DNA from: Patellaria atrata CBS 101060
Taxonomy: Eukaryota
DNA length: 20,000 nucleotides
NCBI GenBank assembly: GCA_010093705.1
Contig: MU006117.1
Location: forward strand, 56,107 to 76,106
Direction of reading: 5' to 3'
Part shown: one piece after another, positions 10,901 to 20,000 of the stretch
Position numbering within the stretch: the first letter of the stretch is position 1
Layout: every line of letters starts with the position of its first letter
The notes under the pieces: model-generated
The model's database searches: none
Told to the model about the DNA's origin: nothing
What the model saw: only the letters and a program-made list of their open reading frames with translations
Translations under genes and position numbers: made by a program

Positions 10901-13900
10901 TAAGTTCCATCTTTGTGGCCGCAAATGAATGTGAGACGACGAATGCGCCTAGCCAATAGCTCTTCCTTGTACTCATTGACGATAGGAACAATACGCTCCA
11001 AAATTTCCTTATCATCGAAACTCTCGGCATCATGGACGGCGACATTGCACACTCCAGTCAACTCATCATCACTGTCTGGTTTGGTAGCTGCAGGCTTTCG
11101 CTTATTGGAGAGATCCGATGACAAACTAAGCTGGTTGCCGCTCGACTTTCTCCTCCCAGTGGCAGGGAAGATTTCAAGGGCACGAGCGAGGTATTCCTCT
11201 GCATCATCGAGGAAATGAACTGGTACAACTGCACCTTTGCGAGTCGGCTCGCCCTCTGCCATTCTCTTTAGGTAACTCATGTCACTAATGGAAGAGATGC
11301 GTTTGCCGAATTCTCCTCCGGATGAAATAGGAGTTCCTGGGGTGGACGGATGGGAGGATTCAATTGGGAGTCCAAACTCCGATTCACCAACTTTGCGGAG
11401 TGCAAAATCCCAGGATAAGATGTACGGAGCATCGGTATCGATGTGATAGTCAATTTGCTTCAGTTGGTAAGCACGGTATGCTCGGCGAGTGTAAACTTCC
11501 AGGGCCGCCAGTACAACCCATGGGTCAGGGTGCGCAAAGAATTGAGGTAGTACGTCGAATACAGTAAACCTGGAGTCAACGACCTCTTTGATGACCTCAA
11601 AATTAGGTTCCCGATGGTCCCAGCCACTTTCTCCATATCGGGACTCAACAACGGAAGAGCGAAGAATGTGCTCCATCTGGGTCATCCTTTCTTCTAGTGA
11701 AGGCATCGCGCACTGAATTAGGACTTCACGAGCTTTCAATGAAACCTTAGCTGTCTGTCTCGACTCGAGTTCAGTTAGCTTCCGCAAAACAGGCTTGAAG
11801 TACTTGGCTACATTTCCAACACCAGGCTTATTTGGTCTGTACATCTCGAGAATAGCGAGTATGAGATTGTTCTTCGCACTGACGCGAGTATGAGAGAGCA
11901 CAGTATGAACAACGTTCATCAAGTTGTCTCTGTTCTCATCTCTAAGCTTCAGAATTACTTCTTCGTCGCGGTTTGTCCGAGAAGAGAACTGTGATTCGAC
12001 TGCCCAGTATTGCTCTAAGAAGTTGATCATGACACTGTACTCGTGTACTTTCAAGCCGTCCGTGTAGCGCTTCATCACCTCAACAAGAGGAGCAAGGCTT
12101 GATCTCAGTAAATCCGCATCGCCAGCTGGGAGGTTCTCATCCAGAAAACGGTTGAATGCCTTGCTCGGCTGTTTAGCAGGGAACTCAAGATTTCTACTAT
12201 GGGCGCGGTCAACGATTTGCGATAGAGTCATATCCAATTTCTGGGGCATGCGCGCATGAAGAGCAGATGCTTGGGCATTCCATTCGCCGTAAGGAAGTTC
12301 AGGGTCACGCAGCACTTCGACTAGTTCCTTAAGAGAGCTTTGCATGATGACCTGGTTATCGAAACCCATCAAGATATTTTGAAGAACGCCTTTGAGGTGT
12401 GTGAAACGCTGAGGTGGCTTGTTGCCCATCACCGTCGGGCTGCCCGTATCCGGAAGCGGATCCAGGAAGGGCTGAGCAGACTTGACCTTTGACGGATCAT
12501 CTAAGGCTAGAATACCTAGAATATCACCTGCCTCAAGAGTTGCACCCGGCTGCTTGATCAAGTTGACAATGCCATCTTCTTGGGCGAGAAGTGGCATGTA
12601 CATTTTCATGACCTCAACTTCAGCGAAAGGCTGACCCTTCTTGATATGTTCACCGTTCTCCACAGTAAACTTAACGAGCTTACCGGGACTAGGTGTTCGC
12701 AATTGTGTAGGGTCATTTTCTTGCTCGAGCAAGCAAGTTTTGCTGTCAACACTAAGACGAGTAGCGCCGACTTCTTCTTTCCAGTACACGTTATGACTCT
12801 TTCCGCTGAGCAGCACAAGGAGGCCTCCGTCGGCGAGCGCCCTGATACCAACTTGGCATCGAGAGCCGTTAATAAATAGCGTGAAGCTATCAATACTTGA
12901 TTTGGTAGCTGTGAACTTATACCGGTAGCCTTCGTAGATGAAGTCGATCGGGAAGACTGTCTTCAGCACATCTTTCGATGGAACCTGGCCCTTTTCCAAG
13001 CTAGTCTTATATTCTGTCATACACGCCTCGCTTGCAATATGAGCTTTAGTGACTGCACCGCAAATGACCGCCATTATTGGATCCGGGCGTTCAGCAGTGA
13101 GTTTATTGGAAATGAGCTCATCCAACCAGCCGGTAGTGATAGTGTTCTTCTCGAATGCCGGAGTTTCGAGCAGCTTAATAAGATATTCAACCGTGTGCCT
13201 GAAGTCACCACGGATGCTCAGTTCCTTCAAGGCCACAACCATATGTTTTCTCGATGCTTGTCTGTTCTCACCATAAGCGAAAATGTGGCCGAACTGACTG
13301 TCTGAGAAGCTGTGAATACCACCCGCAGTGCCAACTGAAAAGTAACCCCATACGTTGGAACTACTACGGAAATTGAGTTCGTGCATAGTACCTCCGGATG
13401 GTTTGAAACCTTCTCCTGGATCTTCCGAGGTGATACGGCATGCGGTAGTGTGTCCCTTGGGTTTGGGTCGGCGCTGGCTGACCGCGCTATCCTCTTTCGT
13501 GAAGTCGAAATCAATCGATGTGGCGGAATGGGGATCAGCACCGTACAGGAGTCTGATATCGCGAATCCGATTCAGAGGAACACCCATGGCGATCTGAAGC
13601 TGGGCAGCAGGCAAATTGACACCTGTAACCATCTCCGTGGTAGGATGTTCGACCTGAAGACGGGGATTCAGCTCCAGGAAGTAGAATTTGTCGTCCGCAT
13701 GCGAGTAGAGATACTCAACCGTACCAGCCGACACGTAACCAACGAGTTTGCCGAGTGAGACGGCTGCTCTCTCCATGGCTTGGAAGGTATTAGGATTTGC
13801 TACTGTTACTGGCGCCTCTTCAATAATTTTTTGATGTCTGCGCTGTACGGAACAGTCTCTTCCGAAGAGAGAAATGTTTTGTCCGTACTGATCAGCAAGA

Positions 13901-14994
13901 AGCTGAACCTCCAAATGTCTTGCATTTCCGGCAAGTTTCATGATGAAGATAGGTGAGCCAGGAATTTCGCTCGCAGCTGCTCGATACAGCTGCTCAAAGT
14001 TTTCCTCGGATTCGACTTTACGGATACCTTTTCCACCACCACCTTCTGATGCCTTGACCATGACCGGAAAGCCGATCTTCTTAGCCATTGCCAAACCCTC
14101 TTCGGGCGAGTGCGTACAGCCCAGGTCGTAAATATGATCTTCTACTGTGACGATTCCGTCGGCACCGACCTTTACCTGCTCGACACCAGTTCCGGACCAA
14201 GGGATGCAAGGGACCTTTGCGTGTTGTGCAACGATTGTGGAGGAGATTTTGTCGCCCAGTGACCTCATGGCAGAGCCGGGAGGACCAATGAAAACAATTT
14301 TATTCGGGGAGGCAGCGAGCGATTCAGGTAATTTTGGGTTTTCTGAAGCGTGACCCCTAGTGCAGGAATTAAAACTCGAAATTGGACACTTTTGGAATGT
14401 TTATCTTACCATCCTGCCCAAACTGCGTGTACGCCCATTCGCTCAGCAACATCGACAATTAGCTCTACATTCGCGTAGTTGTTGTTGTTCGTGCCTCCTG
14501 GAACCTGACCTCGTTCATTAACTACAGTCTACCACCATAGCACTCGTGCGAGAATGGGACAGGCACTTGAGAATTGCTTACCTCAACGTATTGATCGGCC
14601 ATCCTGATGTATTCTGCGTTGGCCTGCAGATCCTCAGGAGTGGCCATGACTGTGAATTGAATTGCCCGCTCATCTCCAAATGTCTCGTATGCCCATTTTC
14701 GCACCGATCGAATCTTCTTGACGGCTGCGATACCATTGTTCGCGATAAGAACCTAAATTACCATTATATCAGCAAGTGCCCCGCCAGTCCATATTTCAAT
14801 CGTTTCCTTACATTTGTGATGACTGTGTGGCCGCCATGAGAAGCCACAAAATCCTTCACCTTCCCAGGCGGCGCGACACCTAAATGGTTACCTCCGATGA
14901 AATGTTCTGGCAAGTTGTACTTTGCTGCGTTCGAACTCGGAGCACCGTTGGTATGTGTGCCATTGGCGGCTTTTGAAACTCCATTTTGGGCCAT
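7910..14994 (-). CDS. ACC1: Acetyl-CoA carboxylase (multidomain BC-BCCP-central-CT), ~2280 aa
   Basis: Exons 14994-14812, 14752-14582, 14504-14410, 14356-8680 and 8626-7910 (6843 nt, TAG at 7912-7910). Introns are 14811-14753, 14581-14505, 14409-14357 and 8679-8627, all GT-AG. Motifs: [47 protein letters not shown], biotin-attachment EVMKM (Lys codon 12606-12604), CT motifs [22 protein letters not shown] and [27 protein letters not shown] corresponds to the yeast Ser1157 Snf1 phosphosite (Ser codon 11292-11290). Confidence 0.98.
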
Positions 14995-17414
14995 TGTCGC
15001 TGTTTTGAGGCCTGTCGACCGACTATATGAGCCTCAGAGAGAGATGGTCCTTATAACGCGGAATAGATCAAAAACGAGTTGGTTAGTCTCTGAAGTGAGG
15101 AACGCCCAGATGGTCCCCCAATGGTCTATATTTAACAAATGGAGAATGCAATAATACCACCTGATCAACCAACTAGCTCGAAGAGAAGTGTGAAGAAAAG
15201 GTATGGGCGGTGAATTGAAGAAAGGTCGTATGGTTATACAGAGCAGCTTATGACCGTATAAGCTACTAGGAAATTGCTAGTATGCGAACTACTCCCTTGA
15301 CCAAGGAGATTTTGGGAGTAAGTTGCAGAGAAGTATAGGAGGATTCGATGACGGAGCAGATGATGAAGTCTGGAAAAGTGTAATGGGTGTCAAGAGTAGG
15401 CGTTTATGTATATGTATTGATTTTCCTTAATTACGGCACACCCTCCCCACAAGCTCTCCCGAGCTGTTGAGCTGAAGCCCGAACTTTTTATCTCGCGTAC
15501 TCTGCCTAATTAGGCTTACTGTGCGCATCCCCCAACTTGAATGACCTCCCTAGTGCCCACCCTTTGCGGCCAGGGGCACCTTCCGCAAAACCCTGTCGGT
15601 ACTACGCAACTGTCAATAATGTTTTTATTGCCCCATCGCTTGTGCACTCCGATAAAATCAATCGCCAGCATCAACCGTTCATGCATGGAAATTTTGCTCG
15701 GTGTATTTCTCTGCAACCCTGCAGAATCCATAGGAACAACAGAAAATCGTCTCTGTCATCGCTGTGGGTGGGACTTTGCGTGGATGCTAAAAAGGTGAAG
15801 TTGAGACAAAGTTGTTGAGGTTCAACTCAAACCTCGCTCCATAGCGATCCTTGAGATGCGCTTTTCATACCGTTGGGGATAAGCTATCCCCAAACGCCAC
15901 GCATCTTTCCTTTCATCCAGGAATCCGTTCCTAATAAATCCTGCATTACGTCTTCTTTTTTATTTCTTCATCTCTTTTCTCATTTCTCTTCTCTATTTCA
16001 AGATGCGTGTCAGAGCGAACTTGAGCTCTCGGAGCGCCACCGATATGGAAATCTTCACGAAGTGGGATAATAAAAATTACAAGTTTGGGTGCCGGGTAAT
16101 CAGAGTTATCCGACGTCCTCGACGGCTCTCCAGTGTCACGGCGTCTAGGAGAAACTCTTTCGTAAAGTGGTAAGGACTACGGTGCATATAGGCACTGTAG
16201 ATATCTTCGGTACGTGACCAATTCGGAACCCCACCGTCGGACTCCGACCCTTCACCAAGGCGACACCTTATCCTACCCGGCCAATAGAATGCACCGACAG
16301 GTACAATCAGTCTAAATCGGGAAACCCACGATACATGCCAGTGGTGAATCTCTGGCGAATATACTTGCCCTTGGTCTTTTCGAAGCCTAGCACATATTCT
16401 CGGTCCTAGCGTCCCCCCGGCCCGAAAGATCTATTCCATGCAGCATCTCCCGCTGTCATCTATCGTGCAGTTTCATACGTACTGTGACGACATGTTCGGC
16501 ATCGTCAGACTAACTTATCTCAAATATCTTCTTTTGTAAGAAAACAGGTACTCCGTGAACTGGACAATAAATCTCTTTCCCAGGTCAAGTTTTTCTCAGG
16601 TGTTCTAGTACCTCACATAACCTAAACGTGAGAGGCAGCCTTTCGTATAGACATTAGGTTTAAGTTTCCTCACGCTCATGTATGCATGACAGGGCATATC
16701 TCCAAATCCTACACATTACAAGGTCCTGCCATGTTGGGGGTGAGTGGATAGGCAAATTGCTACTGTGCTTCAATATCTTTCACCTCCGCATACAGTCTTT
16801 GTTGAGACCAACCGTAGTAATATACGCGCGCCTCACAACGTCAACACAATTATGTTTTTCTATCCTATTCCTCTCAAAAATCGATGCTGGCAATCACAGG
16901 CGGATAGTCTCTACTATGACCCACCCACCAGTCGCTGGATTTTATAAAGGAAAAAGGTAGTAGAAAGCTTTCCCACTCATACGCTACTTTCCCATGAATG
17001 TGCGTATCTATAGGTTATAGAGAGCTTCTAGTCGCAAAACCAATCATTAATTTTATTAAGCTTATCTCAACGTCCAGCGCGGCGAATTCCCTTTTGGGTA
17101 GTCCCGCCTCCCTTATCAAGCAGGACCAACCAACAAGCAGCATAAGCAAATAGGACTTCTGCATGTATGATCACCTCAGCTTTCTACTTTATAATCGGCA
17201 TTTTTATATTTTCGCGATATCTAAATCCTCAACAACACTACTTGCAACTAGACAACGAGGTCTTAGAATTTTCCATCCTTTATACCAAAATGCGAAGTTG
17301 ACTCGTCTTGGCGTCGTTTACGCCACAATTATTAGGAGCGATAAACTATGGTGAAAAGTAAGTCACCAGAAAATTTACTGAATTCTACACACTTCATGTA
17401 TAAGAATTTTGGTA

Positions 17415-18413
17415 TCAGAGCGTAAGTTCATCCGCTATCAGACGCGGAACAGAAGACTTATACCGTTTCAAAGCCGGTTCAGATAACCTTAAACGATCAA
17501 AAATCTGCAAATCCCAAGGGTCGTTAGTAAGAATCTTAGTAGTATCCCTCCAAACCATCTCCAAGCTTCCATCCATCGCCGCTTCGGAAGCTGGTCCGCA
17601 AGTTAGATCCTCTGAGTGCTGTATGAGGCCGCTGAAGAACCTATACCCCTTTTTGCACTCGGCGCACTGATAGGGTTTGATTTTCATATTATCCGCACCG
17701 TGCTGATCAAATCCTGTCTTTAATCTCTCGATCCAGCGCTTCTTGAGAACGATACCACTTCGATTCCACATAGCGACAGAGCAGTTTAACTTCTCGAGAG
17801 ATACTTGCGAAGCGCAGGTTCCCTTCTCAAGATGACGGATCATGTGAGAACCCATTTGGAAACCCCAGTCATAACCCCAGCATTAAAAGATGGTTGACAT
17901 AACCGGGACCAAGTGCTATCCAAACTTTCGATTAGCAGCGGAAGTTTCAATGTCTGTTCATTCGAGGTATGCACGCACCATCAACCTGTTATTGAGGCTA
18001 TCGAGAGTCGACATGCAGCGAAAGCACGCGTACACATCCTCGTCTTTGAAATATTTGTATGTTGTTGGGCCGCATCTACGGCAGACCGGTTTATGTTCTG
18101 TCTCGTCTAGATGTTGGATCAGCTCTTCCCTCCGCCTAAAGTCAATGCGGCATTGAGGACATGGAATATGTGACGGCATGAACTGCATGCGGAACTTGAA
18201 GTGCGGCTTGTTTGGGAGGTCATATTTACATCGGAAGCAGTAACGAACGTGGGCCCGATGGGTCTTATAATGGGTCAATATAGCTTCCTCGTTTTCAAAA
18301 CTGAGATAGCGATCCCAACAATTCTTCTCATGGAAATGAGGTCTTCTGGAAAGAGGTGGTTAATTCATGTGAGCAAGGTGCATTACGAGTACTTCTACGC
18401 ACCAAGTTGTCAT
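17415..18413 (-). pseudogene. Fungal multi-C2H2 zinc-finger protein gene, probably pseudogenised (copy 1)
   Basis: ORFs 17958..18278 and 17415..17855 are joined by intron 17978-17916 (GTGCGT..GCTAAT..TAG), but an in-frame TAA (17885-17883) follows 10 codons into the last exon. Fingers: CFRC, CPQCRIDFRRREELIQHLDETEH (intact), CRRC, CFRC..NNRLM|HL, CWGY..HMIRHLEKGTC and PYQCAEC..QHSEDLTC, with several Zn ligands lost. The 5' end is uncertain: a putative micro-exon 18413-18403 plus intron 18402-18346. Confidence 0.7.
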
Positions 18414-18967
18414 TGTATGACGTGAAATCCGCTTTGATACTTGATACAGCACTGATATTGGTTTTTATGTAGTTTTGCTAATAGCCGAACCGTTAGAACA
18501 AACACAAGATGAACTTTCCCGTTAATATACAAACAACAAGAGATGTCGTTTGGGAATGCTTAATTTAGGAGGGGAATTCTCTGCTACCGGGCCCCTGGGA
18601 TCTAGATTGCTATCTAAATTGCAGCTAAAACCCTCGCAGGTATACCATCCTAAATCTGGATGGAGGACGAGTCACTTTTCCTTGACAATGTCGTGTTTGC
18701 TACCAAACGCTGCACAGTAACTTGTCCCAACTCTTCAAAATCCTTTATTAATATATCTTGTGTACTACTTCATATTGCAAAGCTTTCGCCAATCCCTCTT
18801 GCTCTTTTCTCACGTTGCTATCATGGTTCATGGCTTGTATAGGACACCTCTTTTACATCACGGTTTCGGTTATGGTCATAGGATTCCAAAATGACAGGAA
18901 AAAGCGCTCTACCTCCCTGATGATTTCAGCTGAGAAATTAACCTTGGATCCGTACTTCTACTACTAT

Positions 18968-19847
18968 CAACTCCCACGGCCTAATCCTGGAATACAGTTC
19001 CCTTCCATATTTTCTCCAACATCCCCTTCTTCGCTGTCTTTGCGGACATACCACATTCCGTATTCTCAGAATGCTGCATCAGGCTGCTGAAAACCCTGAA
19101 GTTGCACTCATATTCATTCCACTGATAGGGGAGATGGTCAGTATGAGCATTACCGTACTGGTTGAATCTCCGGAGAAAATCTGAGCCCCAGGCCGCTCTC
19201 ATGGCTTTCTTCCGCGGGCCTCAGTGCGTTACTGACCAATTGTTAGATGGTGAAGCTGTCGAAGTATTGGTCCTACTGGCGACCAAGGCTAACGAACTAC
19301 TCGCTTATTTGGTATCAGCGTACCCAGGGTTACTAATCTGATACAGTACTAACTTATCTTTTAGTTCTTACTGTTGGTATCTATTTTTACTGTTTTCTAA
19401 GACATAGATCTCATACTATTCCGTCCGTTTTGGTACACACCTGCCGTATATAACAGCTAGATAGAACCACTCTTTTGAGAATTAAGCGATATACTCCGTG
19501 CACCTGCAGATCCAGTTTATCTCACACCAATTGAGGTCCTCAATATTCGCGTTCGAAGGGCAAGTTTCCCGTTCCAAGTGGACTATCATGGCGGACAACG
19601 TGCGGAAGTAGCGGGGACAGCCCTAGGATTTGTGACTGAGAGGTTATCTTGTGCTATGATTAGGTTAGATTACGGTAAATACCGTTCGTGTGTCCGGCCA
19701 TGCCGGAGTCGTATTTGTACATACCTGCTTCAGATTGTTGATGTTATCGTGATGTCGGTGACAGATATTGCAGGCAAAATTGTTCTCAAGGTGTGTTTTC
19801 AACGGTTTGCTGCAGATGAATTTATCGCATCCGTTGCATAAGGGTCT
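18968..19847 (-). pseudogene. Second, more degraded tandem paralogue of the C2H2 zinc-finger gene (copy 2)
   Basis: Minus-strand translation: PLCNGCDKFICSKPLKTHLENNFACNICHRHHDNINNLKQ, then intron 19724-19654 (GTATGT..CTAAC/CTAAT..TAG), then HKITSQSQI, a frameshift, and *GCPRYFRTLSAMIVHLERETCPSNANIEDLNW. After ~290 nt of unrelated sequence comes ORF 18981..19202, which aligns ungapped to copy 1 (24/65 identical, hand-counted). A further frameshift leads to PWEL (copy 1: PWDL). Confidence 0.75.
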
Positions 19848-19857
19848 TGTTCAGGTC

Positions 19858-19880
19858 GTGCACGGTTTCAGACCGTGCAC
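19858..19880. repeat. Perfect inverted repeat (9-bp stem GTGCACGGT/ACCGTGCAC, 5-nt loop)
   Basis: Directly visible. It sits where zinc-finger homology of copy 2 ends. Confidence 0.7.
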
Positions 19881-20000
19881 AGTCGCCCCCCAAAAGTCGC
19901 ACCCCATAGAGTGATTTTGAAAATGATGCAACTCGCTCTATATTGGATATATCTATACTAAATTTTATGATGTTGTGAATAAGAAGCTATACTTTCCGTC

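Noticed and set aside
8480..14353. Many short antisense and alternate-frame ORFs overlapping ACC1
   Set aside because: Expected shadows of a long codon-biased CDS; no independent motifs.
393..14994. Secondary-metabolite cluster with ACC1 as malonyl-CoA supplier or resistance gene
   Set aside because: No PKS, NRPS, terpene synthase, transporter or Zn2Cys6 regulator in the window; the only tailoring-type enzyme looks degenerate and lies across a gap.
14995..15520. Possible ACC1 5'-UTR intron or regulatory sites (CTAAC near 15082-15086, pyrimidine tract near 15180-15200 on the minus strand)
   Set aside because: No unambiguous donor/acceptor pair or specific factor site can be supported from sequence alone.
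15950..16175. CT-rich tract followed by a ~56-codon + strand ORF (ATG near 16002), divergent from ACC1
   Set aside because: Short, with no recognisable motif or splice support. It may be just ACC1 upstream intergenic sequence.
16200..17400. Short ORFs 16682..16960, 16744..16947 and 17163..17354
   Set aside because: Random-looking composition with no homology I can recognise; treated as intergenic.

Overview
Filamentous ascomycete (Pezizomycotina-like) genomic DNA. All recognisable genes lie on the minus strand and have short GT-AG introns, mostly with CTAAC/CTGAC-type branch points. I spliced them by hand. From left to right: (1) an intact 4-exon gene for a ~794-aa uncharacterised fungal membrane protein with a Cys-rich ectodomain; (2) an intact 6-exon ~567-aa flavin-binding/Baeyer-Villiger monooxygenase-family gene whose NADPH-binding and catalytic motifs are degenerate; (3) a ~1 kb stop-riddled possible repeat/gene relic ending near an A14 tract and a 100-N assembly gap; (4) a complete 5-exon ~2280-aa acetyl-CoA carboxylase (ACC1) with several apparently non-consensus residues; (5) two tandem, disrupted paralogues of a fungal C2H2 zinc-finger gene sharing one intron position, the second of which is largely invisible in the ORF track. 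I found no rRNA, tRNA or CRISPR, and no clearly new multi-gene system. The best leads are the possible pseudo-enzyme, the ACC1 substitutions and the hidden zinc-finger duplicate. Comparisons to family consensus are from memory, not from a search.
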